From Malacoraja senta (lineage: Eukaryota), in the NCBI GenBank assembly GCA_038087875.1, contig JAXLNO010002632.1, forward strand, positions 124,001-188,000: 64,000 nucleotides of DNA, in the 5' to 3' direction. Position 1 is the stretch's first letter; every line of letters starts with the position of its first letter. Under the pieces are notes generated by a model that saw only the letters and a list, made by a program, of their open reading frames with translations, was not told the origin of the DNA and searched no databases. Shown here piece by piece: positions 1-13,938 of this stretch. Position numbers and translations under genes: made by a program.

Positions 1-3000
1 CAACTTGCCAAAAACATCGCAGTAATACAAATATACTAGAAATATAACTGGTTCAGGAAGGCAATTTAATTATTTACAGTGGATTCACACTCTACAAGTT
101 CAAGGACAGGTACATGGATAGGGAAGGTTTAGAGGGATATGGGGCAAATGCGGGCAGGTGGGACTCGTGTAGATGGGGCATCTTGATCAGCATGGACGAG
201 TTGGGCTGAAGGGCCTGTTTCCATGCTGTTATAACTTTATGACTCTAAGTTTAATATTAGTGTGCAGTCTGAAGTAAATATTGTAGAAACAAAGAACTAC
301 AGATGTTGGTTAATGCACAAAATAACACAAAGTGGTGGAGTAACTCAGCAGGTTAGCCAGCATCTCTGGAGAATATGGATGGACCCGAAACGTCACCTAT
401 CCATGATCTCCAGAGATGTTGCTAGACCTGCTGAGTTTCCAAACCAAATATCAATAAACATATAGCTTGAGCTATAAATCAGAACACAAGGACTGAAGTG
501 TTTTTAAATAATGTAAGGTGAGACTGTGTCCTTCTGGATGCCTACATTGAAATGCAGTCTGAATTACGCAATTGCTGAAGCGTTAGTGCAAAGAAAACTT
601 GCTGTTGCATGTGGTCTAAAAATAACAGTTTGGGTTATGTCATGCGCCTGAATTGATACGAACAAAGGACTCTGCTACTGTGCCTTCTCCTCAGCTGCTA
701 GAACCAAGTAACCAATGCCTGCACTGTATGGTCAATGTTTAATGTGGTAGCTGTATTGTGTGGACCCTTAAAAACTCGATGAAGTGGAAACTTTTATTAG
801 GCTTGACAGGAAATGACCTTTATCAATAATTATCAATAAATGAAATTACACCTGTACACTTACTAATTGATGTAGATATATTTGATGTTAATTAATAAAT
901 TGACGATCAAATAAAGCTTTACAAGTATAAAACAAAACGCTGGAGGAACTTAGCTGGTCAGGCAGCATCTGTCTGGAGAAATGGACAGGTAGCATTTCAA
1001 GTTGAGACCCTATTTCAGACGGAGATGGTACAATTTCAAGTGATGTGAACACCTTGAAGAGGTGTTAGTAGCATTTCTGAATGTTTCCTTTATGGTAAGA
1101 TTGATTTATGTTATTTAATTTTTGTACTTAACACAACAGTGTTTAATACTCTACCATTGTTGATAAGTTATCTGCCTACAATCTTCAAATGTTGAGGGAT
1201 TTTTTAAAAAAAGGTCAATATAAATCAAAATGCAACCTTATAAATAGACTTCAACTGTGTCATTATTTTCAAGGAAATAAAACTGAATTCTGCCATTCTA
1301 CGACATTTTATTGAAACATTAAAAATAAGACCCTATTAAATTAAAAAAAAACTTTTGCTCATATCTTTTGTGCAACACTGGAAACATCCTTGGAAATGAC
1401 AGATGGTGAATAAGTGGAAGTTTTCATCAAATCCTCAAGTTTTCAAAAGTACTTCGTATTTGGTTAATTGTCTCTGAAGAACAGTTATTATTTTAAACAC
1501 TGCAGAAATATATAAGCCAAGTGAGATCCCATAAGAAGAAATTTGGTGAAATGGTTAATACATCTGCTTTTAGCCTGGCCAAATGAAGTGGGTAGTTGGT
1601 TTCAACTCTCATCCATAAAATGGTGCCTCCAGCGTTCTTTCAATGCTGCAGTGAAGTTCCAACCGAGATTATGGGTTCATATGGGAAATCCAAAAATGTT
1701 TATTTCCATGGAAACAGTGTTTCTGGAATCAAAGGTAGACACAAAATGCTGGAGTAACTCAACGGGACAGGCAGAATCTCTGGAGAGAAGGAATGGGTGA
1801 CGTTTTGGGTCGAGACCCTTCTTCAGACTGATTATGTTCTTTCCTACACATTTCTGGGATCAAGATCAGATGATGTTAAATCAGGGCCTGAGATTGGTCA
1901 TGCTTTTTAAATTATATCCATTATTTGCAGAAAAAGGTCTAAAATCTTCATTCCATGTTCCTAAGCGGTGAGCTATTATTGTGCACCAAACTTTGAAGTT
2001 AATGAAAGACCTGCCAATATTTTAAATGTTAAGGACAAAATTAATTGGGTTTGATTTGAATTGTGCTCATGTGTTTGGTAATGTCAAGTAATTGAGCTAC
2101 TTAGAAGTCATTAGAAGTCATGAACTGCTCCTTTAAAAAGGTGTTTTCCATCATATATATATGGTTTAAATATATCTGTAATGTGCTGCAAAACAAAATA
2201 TATATATAACTTACAAGAGCTGCTTCCTATCTCATGAGATTTATATGCTTAACCAAACAAAATAATCTAAAGTAGTGCAGCATCTATTCTTTATAACTGA
2301 TATCACAACACGTTGGTGCTTTAGCACGCTGAATCCTGGGTATTATTTGGTGTTTTGGGATGGTCTGCCTCTGCTTACAATGTCTTTATTGCGGTATGGT
2401 TGGCACATACCCAGAGACAGGTCATCGTCTCCCCCTCATTCACATGCACCAGCTGTTGGAGATATTTAAAAAAACAGTAGAGTAATTGACAGGCTGACTG
2501 CTTTCTGGATAAATAATCACTACGGATTTTTTTCTCTCTTTCAACAGACGCCAAATAAAAGAGCAAGACTCATATTGTTTGTGAACACTGTAAATTTTAA
2601 ACATTGGGGAGCTAAAGGGCAACGAGCCATCACTCTCTAGAGAGCTGACAACACAGATTTCGAAATGCGTACACTGTTTCCACATAATGAGAACTGAAGG
2701 GTGCTGCTGATAAGCATTACATTCTTTCTCACTTACAAGCCAGATGGTACAACAATTCATCTTTTCCCTCTGGAGGTGGATTCAAGTGCAGTACAGTCAC
2801 AATGAATACAGCTACCTTCCTGTTGACTGCAAACATACAGCACAAACTAATGTTGGATAGTCTTAAATTAATCTTTAAAAAACAATTACAAGTATAAACA
2901 ACCATCAATCAATAAAACAATCACTTTGCACTCCACCTTAATGGTCCAGATTTTGATTTTGGCTGTAATCTGACAGCATTCACATGATCCAGGTAAGAAA

Positions 3001-3284
3001 ATCAATTCACCTTGTTTGTGAAGCTTCCAATGGGAATGTGAGAAAAATGGGGAGGATATTTCTTCCTTTCACCTTTCTGCAATGGAAAGGAAAGGTTTGG
3101 CAGCATTAAAACTCATAATGAGAAAATGAGAGAAAAAAAAACTAAGTGGCTATATCACCCATGATTTATCCAAAAAATACACAATGTTTCTGATATTCAA
3201 ACTGTTAAAAAAAACTGTACAAACTTTAAAAACACTTTTAAAGCATTAAATGCAACTAAACACATCTAGTAAGGCTTCTCTTAA

Positions 3285-3492
3285 TGGGCCTGTCCCACTT
3301 AGGTGATTTTTTTGGGCGACTACAGGCGACTGCCGCAACATTTTCAACATGTTGAAAACATTTTGACGACAGTTGCGACAATTTTTGTTGTCGTAGGTTG
3401 AGGTAGGTGCTGTCGTAGGGTGTCGTAGGTGAATTCCATTACAATTAGTCCCTGGCAGTCGCCTAAAGAGTCGCCTAAGTGGGACAGACCCA
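3285..3492. mobile_element. PIF/Harbinger (Tourist-like) MITE
   Basis: TIRs TGGGCCTGTCCCACTTAGG / CCTAAGTGGGACAGACCCA with TAA duplicated at 3282-3284 and 3493-3495. Confidence 0.88.
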
Positions 3493-3549
3493 TAAATCAG
3501 GCATTAAAATAAAAAATATATATAATCTTGGAAAAGATTTCTGAGAGTT

Positions 3550-4480
3550 TTTTTTAAGTGTAATCCATCTGAGATGAGGAAAGACAGAAATTGAATGGCA
3601 GAGGAAGTTTAAATTAGATAATGTGTTGTGTTTTGGTCGGACAAACAGGCAGGACTTGTATAGTAAATGGTAGGGTGCTAAAGATTGTTGCAGGACAGAA
3701 AGATTTAGAGATGCAGGTACATAGTTCCATGAAGGTGATGACACAGGTGGACAGGATGGTGAAGAAGGTGTACAGCATGCTTGCCTTCACCAATCAGAGT
3801 ACTGAGTACCGGAGATAGGACATAACTTTTCAGCAGCACAAAATGTTGGTAATGCCTTATTTGGAGTACTGCATACAGTTCTGGTTGCCCTGCTATAGGA
3901 ATGATATCATTAAATTGGAAAAGGTGGAAAAAATATGATTGAGAGAATTTTACTGGGTCTGGAGCATATGAGCTACAAGGAAAGATTAGATCCTTATATT
4001 GAACTATGAATTATCCAATTTAGGTTACTTCTAAAACCACCTCCTTCCCTGTCCCTGTCCCGTTCCCCCACCCCACCCCCCCCCCTTATTTTATTAAAGA
4101 ATAAAAAACAATTCACAACTATGTTTTCCTCTTGGGCTCGCACCGTCTCCAGCCAACAATCAGCCGATCAGGGAACTTCCTTGCCCGTGAGTCATCTGTT
4201 GCCAGTCCCATTTTCTCCAGTTTTTTTTTCTTACTTCCCATTTTCTTCAGGGATGCTTCCTGGCCCACTGAATTTTGTGCCTTTTTGTTTTGTTTTCCAG
4301 AATTTTGTGCCTATCTTTGATATAAACCAGCACCTGCAGTTTCTTTTTGTTACTTTATTATTAGATAGAATGGGTCTCTTTTCCCTGGAGCAGAGGAGGC
4401 TGATGAGCGACCTAAAAGAGATATATCAAATCATGAGGGCCATAGGCAAGGTGGATAGCTACAGTCTTTTCCCCAGGGGA
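3550..4480 (+). repeat. Degenerate CR1 LINE 3' fragments (split)
   Basis: KDLEMQVHSSMKV..QVDRMVKK.YSMLAF; GLFSLEQRRL..DL.E.Y.IM. Confidence 0.75.
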
Positions 4481-6416
4481 CATTGCAGTGTAAGTGCAAG
4501 CTCTGACTGAACCAGCTAACCTAAAACTTCTGGGTTTCTCAGATGCTTATGCAGAAATCTCCAAGTCATCATCAGTTTTGATGGCAAATACTGCAGTTTT
4601 GTCATTATTACTCCATAAAATCTTTGCAAAATATAGCTGTGCACTATAATTTTTAAACATTGAGAAATGAAGAATGCCCGAGTAGAAAGCATGATGTTAA
4701 TGAATTGATTTTTTTTCCTTATCTTTACTTTTATAAAATTGTCTGATATTACATGATGGATTGAGTTAATTACCAAGTTCTCTGGTACCTATGAAGGACA
4801 CCAAATGAAGACAACGTTAGGATGTGTGTGATGATTTTGTAACATGATTTCCCTTCTGACATTTTTACTTTAGACCAAAAAGAAAAATCTTGGACTCCAT
4901 GTGCATGTTCCCATGATTGTTTCGATGAGACTAGTACACAGTTTAAGAGAAACTGTTCATCAGTAAGTATGAACTATAACTGGCAGTAATTGACTCGGCC
5001 AGTCAATTCGGGAGATAAATCCAAATACTGGCTATAATGCAGAAGGTTTACAGCATCGCAAACAGAATGTATAAACTTTTCAGAAATAAACCATTTGATG
5101 GACATACCAGTTTCGTTTGAACTAGACTGGATATATTTTATGTAACTCAGGTGAACCAAGTTCCCAACCCAAAACATCACTTGTCCATTCTCTCCACAGC
5201 ACTTTGTGTTTTGCTCATGAATCCATTTTGTCTGACAGAATGAACAGGCAATGTCCACAATCTCCTTTAATGGAGGAGAGAAGACTCCATGTAATCCTAT
5301 TTCCACAACTTAGTTTCTAGATGAAAACAATAACAGTGTCTTCCTTCAGGGGTGTTAAACAGTTTGAGATATGATTTGATTACTGTCTGAAATAAGTGAT
5401 TCACTAGGAGTATTTAATAGTGGGAATAATCCAAATTATTGTGAAACTATAAAATCCTGGGAGTGTGAAGTCCATACAACATGTTGATTAATTAAGATAT
5501 CTACTGTATGCAAGTCATTAAAATGGTTAATATGTTCTGGCAACATAATTTCATATTTCAAATAATTAAATTGTGAGTTTGTGGCTTTTACCCAATCTTC
5601 CCAGTTGACTCGAGATTAACTGATTGTGAAAACTAATAATAGTTGTGGGTAATTGCTTTGTTCCTTTTCCAATTAATGTAATTTATTTAAAAAGCAGCAT
5701 GAGCTTCTACTATCCTCTGCACCATTCCGTTATCGTCCAGAATGTAGCTTTATTTAATAGAGGTTATGCAAAATACAAATCGCCCATAACTCAAGAACCC
5801 TATCTGTGGATGACCTATGATTATGTATTAATTAAACTTTTTCTTGTGAGTTTTGTTTTGTTATATATGGGGCATGAACATCCTTAGACTCCCAGAATAT
5901 CTGAGTAGGCTGCAGGCAGCGTAGCTCTGAGGTAATTATTTAACTGGACCATTATTTTTAAATCGTAGGGCTGGAGAAGGGTCTCGAACCGAAACGTCAC
6001 CCATTCCTTCTCTCCATAGAATAGATGCTGCCTGTCCTGTTGAGTTACTCCAGTATTTTGTGTCTACCCTCATTTTTAAATCAGTGGCTGATTTATTACA
6101 GAATAAATGGAAAATAATGGATCTGCAAAGTGATTGGCATGATTTTGTTAAAGACTCCAAATATTGTGGGCAGTTTTAGCTGGTTGGTAGCTGCCACCTG
6201 AAGGTTGAGATTCGATTGTTGTAAAATATAACCATATAACCATATAACAATTACAGCACGGAAACAGGCCATCTTGACCCTTCTAGTCCGTGCCGAACAC
6301 GTATTCTCCCCTAGTCCCATATACCTGCGCTCAGACCATAACCCTCCATTCCTTTCCCGTCCATATAACTATCCAATTTATTTTTAAATGATAAAAACGA
6401 TACCTTTACGACAGTT

Positions 6417-6599
6417 GTGTTTAAGAAAGAATTGCAGATGCTGGAGAAATCGAAGGTAGACAGAAATGCTGGAGAAACTCAGCGGGTGAGGCAGCATCTA
6501 TGGAGCGAAGTCTGAAGAAGTCTTGACCCAAAACGTCGCCTATTCCTTCGCTCCATAGATGCTGCCTCACCTGCTGAGTTTCTCCAGCATTTTTGTCTA
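6417..6599. mobile_element. Palindromic short Penelope-terminal-repeat-derived element with a 13-bp TSD
   Basis: About 55-bp inverted arms (6457-6510 / 6546-6600); CTTTACGACAGTT repeated at 6404-6416 and 6600-6612. Confidence 0.8.
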
Positions 6600-7055
6600 C
6601 TTTACGACAGTTTTTGTAACTTTACAAGAAATGTTTGATATTTCCTACAGACAACTTGCATATCAGATTATCTTTTTTTGCTGCCAGGCTTGGAGTTAGG
6701 ACATTCATGCCTCAGAATCCATACTGCAGAGATGTGGATTCTGGGCAGATACTTCACTGTATTACTGAGCTCCACCTTACAGTAGAAATGTTGGACCAAG
6801 GTCCTGCCAGTTCTTTTTACAGGATGCATTAGCGATGTTTGAAGAGTAGAAGGAAATTCCTCTAGTTTCTTGGCCAATATTTATCCCTTAATTATCAGCA
6901 CAATAATATATCATGGTCACACATCTTGTACTATTCTTCCATTTCAGAGTTAACGTGAATAAATTACCGTAAACAATTGCTTCAGTTGAATTCATGAAAC
7001 ACTAGGAAATATAGCTGGTAGTTTGCAGCATGAGATAGAACTTCTTTAGTACATT

Positions 7056-7376
7056 GGGCGGCATGGTGGTGCAGCGGTAGAGTTGCTGCGGTACAGCGCT
7101 TACAGCACCGGAGACCCAGGTTCGATCCTGACTATGGGTGCTGTCTGTACGAGTTTGCACGCTCTCCCCTTTACCGCATGGGTTTTTTCTGAGGTCTTCT
7201 GTTTCCTACCACACTCCAAAGACGTACAGGTTTGTAGGTTATTTGGCTTGATATGAAATGTAAATTGTCCCTTGTGTGACTAGGATGGAGTTAATGTGCG
7301 GGGATCGGTGGTTGGCACTGACTCGGTGCGCCGAGGGGCCTGTTACCGCAATGTATCGATAAACTAAACTAAACTA
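7056..7376 (+). mobile_element. tRNA-derived V-SINE (HE1-like)
   Basis: tRNA-like head with A/B boxes (GGTTCGATCC), V-domain GTCTGT..GAGTTTGCACG.TCTCCCC, CR1-like 3' end and (TAAAC)n tail. Confidence 0.85.
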
Positions 7377-10300
7377 TATCACTCAATAATCGAATTCATT
7401 GACATTAATATAATCTGTGTGAAAATGTCCATTGAATTATCTCATTCGCAATTAGTGTATACAAATCTAATATTTCGTTGGAGGTACTTCCTAATGCAAT
7501 TTGTCTACGCACTTTATAGCGAAACTGCTAAATATTCACTGTGGTATAAAGTCTTACAATATTGAATTGTGGGCAATTGGTTGAAATGATTGATTATGAA
7601 AAAACAAAATGTTGAGAATGATGTGAAAAATAGAAAATAATGCTTAATCACGGAAGGACAAGCAGCAGCAGCAGTTGAGAGAAATATAGCTAACATTTTG
7701 GATTTTTCAATAAATTGTTCAATTTTACAAGGAACATTAATGTAGCCTAAGCAAACAAACTGGATTTCATCCACTAATTTTCTATTCACTGGCATTTTTG
7801 CGTACATTGGTTTATACAGTGAGAAAGGCAAGAGCACAATTTTCAACAGGTATTGCTTTCTTGCACTTTTTCTGCGTTAACTGTAGGAATATAAAAATGT
7901 TAAATTAAGTCTATTGCAATCTTTAAGCAGTCAACAGCAGGAGGAAATATCCTGAAATAGCAATGTCAGATTCCAGATAAATGAGTTCCACATATTACAT
8001 TACAAACTACGCAGACTCCATTTTTAGAACAGCTGTATTTTGAAACAGACAGTTGATAAATTCTGTGGTAAGTTTACATCAGGGACACTGTTTGAGCTGC
8101 TTTATTTTTGCTTCATATGTAGATTGTCTTCTTCATTTACTGTTGTCCTCAGCACTTTTGTAAAGGGACCATAAAACTATGGACATTTATGACATCTGAA
8201 AGCATAAAGACCAATGACATAGATAGCCTTGTGATACACTGGCGGTGTCTTCATCAAACTACATTGTTTCCAAAGATCTTGCTTCAAATAATGTTTGGAT
8301 AATTAAGATTGGTTTGATCTTTGGCTTTGCCCTCTCAATCAAAAAAGCAACAGCATGAAACTTAATCAGGCAGGACAGTTTGGAGAGCGACGTAATTGAA
8401 CTAATTGCTATTGAAAATATAATGCAGATGTGGCAGTATTAAAGTGTAAAAGAAAACAAATAAGGAAGGTTCGAGAAATCTTTAGAGTCTGGACATTTGG
8501 TTCATTAAAATGTTATGGGTAAGTGTGAAGAATATTTGCAAAAGGTATTAGAACATTGGCCATGATACACACAGAACCCCTGGAACATAAGGGGGTAAGA
8601 CATTATAGTTTACAACTATAAATGTTATAGTTAATTTAAACTATAAAATGTATTTATGGTTTATAACTAGTTTACAGCCAGTTTACAAAGCTTTTTATTG
8701 GAGGAACATATGCTGAAGTTATAAATGACTTGTAATTGGGTATCTGAATGGTGCACAATGCATGTTTGCATTTTGCGCGACCATCATATTGGGGCACCTA
8801 CAGTACCATTGTAAAGTTGGTCAAAAACATTTGAATGCTTCTCACCCAGAAACAAGTGCTAAGATGGGATTGAGCTTCACCTGCTCAGACTGTCTGCTGC
8901 TTGCTGGCTAATAACTTTCTTGCTACTGTATGGTGCTATGCTGGAACCCAATGCCTATCTGCAGTTTGCTCTTGCATCAATGCGTGCTCATGGATCAATG
9001 AATGAATGAATGTTTATTGGCCAAGTATGTACACATACAAGGAATTTGCCTTGGTGTTCTGTTCGCAAGTAACAACACGACATACAGTAAACCATTAAGA
9101 ATAAAACATAAAACATTAACACATTAAGAGTAAAACAGAGAGACTGCATGGAGGATTGTGCAGCTAAGCAAAGATAGACGGTGAAGCTTCTACCGCACTC
9201 AACAGAACCCAATGACCTGGGTGGTCTGTAACCACACAAATAATGGCCCATGCTCACTGTGGGATCAAGGTACAGTTTTGAGCTTCACATTTAATGTGAC
9301 TGGGAACGCCACCCACCATGGTCCACACAATGAGCTGTGGGCTACTTCTGACACAGGAGAGCAAAGATTCATATCAGGTCCCTGGCACCTATGATCCCAG
9401 CACAGCAGCACTGCCAGTAATAGATCTCCTTTTAAGTAATGCTGTAATGTTCCTGTTTAGTTCTTGATTCTGGGAATGCATTCTGTGATCCCAGTGCAGG
9501 TTGGAGTGTTCAGTTCCAATTTATATTGGTAAGAGTACAAAGGGGTGTGGTAGATTTTTTTTGTCTGAGGGAACTTCTAGAATTCTCAGCCTCACAGGAG
9601 GTGGAGACCAAATCATTATGTATATTTAATGAGGAGACAGATAAATATTTGAAAGTTTGAAGAATTGACAGCTATATGAAAGTCAAGTCATTGTATTGAT
9701 TGTATTGCATGGTGGGGCAGGTTTGAGGGACATGGTGGGCAACTCCTGTTGTGTTTGTGTCCATAAATAATGACATTATTGGGCCCACTTGTAAAGGTTA
9801 AGCTCACTGACGTGGATTATGTTCTGAAGGTCTATCTTCGCACTTGGCATGACCTGACCCAAAAATATCAGCTAGTGTGATCTACTCAGGATAAATCAAA
9901 TGCCCACCTGTTCATCACCTCAAACAGGCACTATCAATCCAATTTTTAAACATCATTTTGTTTCATGAGATAATAAAATACAGAGTTGAGTTTCCTGAAA
10001 TGTATCTGTTTAAGGGATAATTTGAGCCTTTTTCAAAATAACAAGCAAATTGATAGGATAGACAGGAATTTTTTTTTTGTTGGTTTCGGGATCCCAAGAA
10101 CAAGCAAATAGTTTAAGAATTACAGTTAGGTCTTTCGGAAGTGAAGTTAGAAAAAATGGCAGAGATTTGGAATTGTTATAAATGTCAGTGGATACTAGTT
10201 CAACTGTTCATCTTATATCAGTAGTTTTTGGTAACAAGGTGAGGGCATTGATCAACATCAGTCCTAAATTAATGGCCTTATACGCGACAGGGGTGAACCC

Positions 10301-10689
10301 AGCTGTCTTCGAGAGGAACGGCTACAATTCTCTGTACAGGTGTCAGAATTAAACGTTAATTGAGAGCACATTGTGCCATTAGTTGGCTTACACTGTCTTC
10401 AGAAATGGACTTCTGCTTGCCTTATTTCAAAAGAATTTGGATTATAGCTATTGGACAGTGCATGACAGATGTAACCTAAAATCAACAAAGTTTCCCAGAT
10501 GTGAAAGGAGAGAAAATCCAGATAAATGTAGTCCACGATCATCAGGAACAAACTCCAGCAGTTATTTTCCGATTACAATGGAACAGGCTAGGCTAATGTA
10601 AATGAGGTTTAAAAGTAGAAAGCCACGAGCTGTATTCTGGGGGAGATGAAAAAAAAGTCAATTTCCACCAGAGCCATGTGTGAATTCTG

Positions 10690-11014
10690 TGGCTGGAAGT
10701 CTTCACTCGCAGGGACCCCCCCCCTCCCCTCCCCTCCGGTGGCCGAAATCTGCAGCATCCGATCTTCAGCGAGCACCGTTGTGTAGTACATGCGAGGCAC
10801 GCGTTGACTTGTCCAGCAGCCGGGCGCAGGCGAACGTTACCTGGGGCGAAAGTCGGCGCAGTAGGTGCGTAACAAAGGGCGAGTGGAGACCACGTCTCCC
10901 AAAGCAGCGACAGAGCAAGAATGAAGCGCTGGTGCCTGGAGCCCAACCAAGCGGTCACCGCATGGATGCACACCTTGTTAACATTGGAAACCTTTACCAA
11001 ACTTAAGTGTAAGT
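10690..11014. promoter_or_regulatory. Small CpG-rich island, probable promoter/first-exon region
   Basis: Local GC/CpG enrichment not matching the repeat families seen elsewhere; outward-facing donor-like sites CCCCAG|gtaacg (- strand, 10841/10840) and AAGT|gtaagt (+ strand, 11008/11009). Confidence 0.5.
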
Positions 11015-11309
11015 TTAAAAAAAAACAATCATATTTTAATACAAATTATAAATTAATATATTTATACAGAGCTTGATAGTTTTACCCCTTCCTCTCCAAA
11101 ATTATACTCCTACCAGTTTCAACGGGTATCAAGATATTCAGAAGTCTGAACAAATTTGATTTATTTACTCTGGATAATAAATCATTTTTCAGCCTGGTCG
11201 TTTGTGGATAAATAACATTAATTTAGTTTTATATTTTCATCCTTGCAACCATGTAGATTGCAACCTGCATCCTTGCAGATGGAATGCTTTAAATTTTAAT
11301 ATATTTGCG

Positions 11310-11643
11310 ACACAATGGCGCAGCTAGAAAGCCGCATCCTCACATCGCCAGAGACCTGGGTTCGATCCTGATCTCGGATGCTATCTGTGTGGAGTTTGCA
11401 TGTTCTCCCCGTGACCACGTGGGTTCCCTCCCACATCGCAATAAAGTGCAGGTGGGCAGGTTAATTGCCTCCAGTGTGTAAATTAGTGATGGTAATTGAT
11501 GGAAATGTCGAGGGCATTGGAATTAAAACAAATTGAAACATTGAAAACAAAATGGAATTAGTGTAGGACTTGTGTAAATGGGTGATTGCTGGTGAACATG
11601 GCCTTGCTGCGCTGTAGGGCCTGTTTCCGTGCTATATCTCTCT
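11310..11643 (+). mobile_element. tRNA-derived V-SINE (HE1-like), older copy
   Basis: GGGTTCGATCC B-box; TGTGTGGAGTTTGCATGTTCTCCCCGTG V-domain. Confidence 0.8.
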
Positions 11644-13612
11644 TTGAATATATTCGGGTTTAGCCATCACTACCTGATCCTTTCAATTTTCCGATCATAA
11701 AGCTGAAGTACTGCTCCACTTGACCACTTGATTCCACTCTCCTGTTCTTTCCTGATATGTACATTGATCAGCGTTGCTTTGGAATTGGCCGTTCAGTTGC
11801 TTCCACAACCCTGTCAGTAAGGATTATTGTTGTTGATATCTGTTTCTAATGACATTGTTTCATCATTGCTAAATGTGGTTTGAGTCCTTGTGTTGGACCA
11901 GGAATGTGACTGGCATCTCCACAAAGTGTGTGAAGATTAAAAACAAATTGCAGATGCTGGAAATCTGAAATATAACCTAAAAATATTGGAAACACCCAGC
12001 AGATCAGGCAATATTTGTGAAAAGAGACACTGCCAACATCTCGGCTCATGGACCTTTTATCTCGCACATCTGTCAACTTTCTCTCTGTACAGATACTGAC
12101 TGACCTGTTGAGTGTTTCCAGTCTTTTCTGTTTATTTATTCCACAAATTATGTAATGGATGTGAAGGAAAGGTTTCGCAGGTTGCTGACTGCTGTAATCT
12201 TGTCTGATTTTTGTTTTGCCACTGAATAATTTATTATTGGACTCGGCAGATGGATCCACAGTAATCAGGGTTAGGGTGACCTCAATAAAGGGAATCTACT
12301 CTAAACCACATTTTCCTTTGTCAAAGATGCTTAAATTCCTCCAGGTGAACAGTTTTAATTGACCACACTACATTGCAACAACAACTCGAGAGCCATCCTA
12401 TTGTTGATCTGGAGAAGAATGGTGGAATCGGAAAGCAAATAAAAGAGGGAATGTTGCCCCTTCTAGGACATTGTAGTTGCAACATCACTGGCAATTAGTT
12501 TAGACATACAAGTTATGAAGTTCCTTTAAGAGTTTACCTTTTTTTTTTACCATATAATATCATTAGCAAAGGTTGAGAGTAAGGTGATTTCCAGGTAAAC
12601 ATTATATTGTACTTCAATTGAAGTAAAATAAAAGTGATGAAACATACCCAAATTTATAAATTTGGATTAAGGAAGACTTTTTCACAAAGTTTTTGAAATA
12701 ATTGATGAAATAATGTTCTCAGTGGAATCGGTACCAATATTATAATAATACAGGAGAAGGTGATTGAATTAATTGAGGTGCTTTTGCTAGAGTGATTTAT
12801 GCTTGGAATGGAGATTCAGTTACAATATATTCCGTACCTTCTCTCTTTTCATCCATGGCATCTCAGCTATTTATAAACATTGTGGAGGTATAGTTCTATT
12901 TGAAATAACTATGCTTATTTTATTATTTCTTCACATAGACTGGGTTTAATTACACCTTTATCTGTGCTGGTGTTGTATAAATGTGCCCTAAGTACTGGCT
13001 TGGGATGTGTAACCACTTTCAATGTCTAAAAATAGTCCATTTCAATTAACTGTATTATTTTTACTTTATTAGTTTGTTTTGAGGGAAATTATTATTAATT
13101 TTTGAAGGATGGATTCACAGCGATAATATAAATCCCCTCCTTGAGTAATTTTTTTGAAGAAACGTTAATGTTAATTGCCTGAAGTAGGGTGAGGAGGAAA
13201 CTGTTGTCACAAATCTTGGTTAAGAAGGGACTTCCAGAGAGACCTTTCCCCATTTTTGCCCAAGACAAAATGCAATTAAGAACAATGCTAAAAGACATTT
13301 ACTGGATGTCAATCCCACCTGGAATCCATCCATGCAAAGCAACCAGAAACAAAAACATTTTGTTGACACAAAGAACTGCAGATGCTTGTTTTTGTTCATC
13401 CTTAACTGAATGCCAAATCTCAAATCAATTAAAATATAATCATGGAAATGTAACTTGCAAAGTAAGCTTTTAATTTTGCCCGAGATCTGAACTAAACACA
13501 GATAATGTTGGTCATGCTCAGGAAGTTAATATTGTTGGAAGGGAAACTGAGCTGTTATTTCAGCTCCATCACCTTTCATTAAAATCTAAACTACTTTGAG
13601 AAAATAAATTTT

Positions 13613-13938
13613 GGGCGGCACGGTGGCGCTGCGGTAGAGTTGCTTCCTCACAGCGCTTATAGCACTTGCAGCGCCTGAGATACGGTTTCGATCCTGACTA
13701 CCGGTGCTGTCTGTACAGAGTTTGTACGTTCTTCCCACGACCACGTGGGTTTTCTTTCAGATCTTCGGTTCCTTCCCACACTCCAAAGACGTACAGGTTT
13801 GTAGGTTAATTGGCTTGGTTAAGTGTAAATGGTCCCTAGTATGTGTAGGATGGTGTTTGTGTGCGGGGATCGCTGGTCTGTGCGGACTCGGTCGGCCGAA
13901 GGGCCTGTTTCCGCGCTGTATCTCTGGATTAAACTAAA
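13613..13938 (+). mobile_element. tRNA-derived V-SINE (HE1-like)
   Basis: Same head, V-domain and tail as 7056-7376. Confidence 0.85.

Noticed and set aside
7056-7135. tRNA gene (also near 11310, 13613 and 45620)
   Set aside because: tRNA-derived SINE heads continuing into V-domain and LINE tail; no complete cloverleaf.
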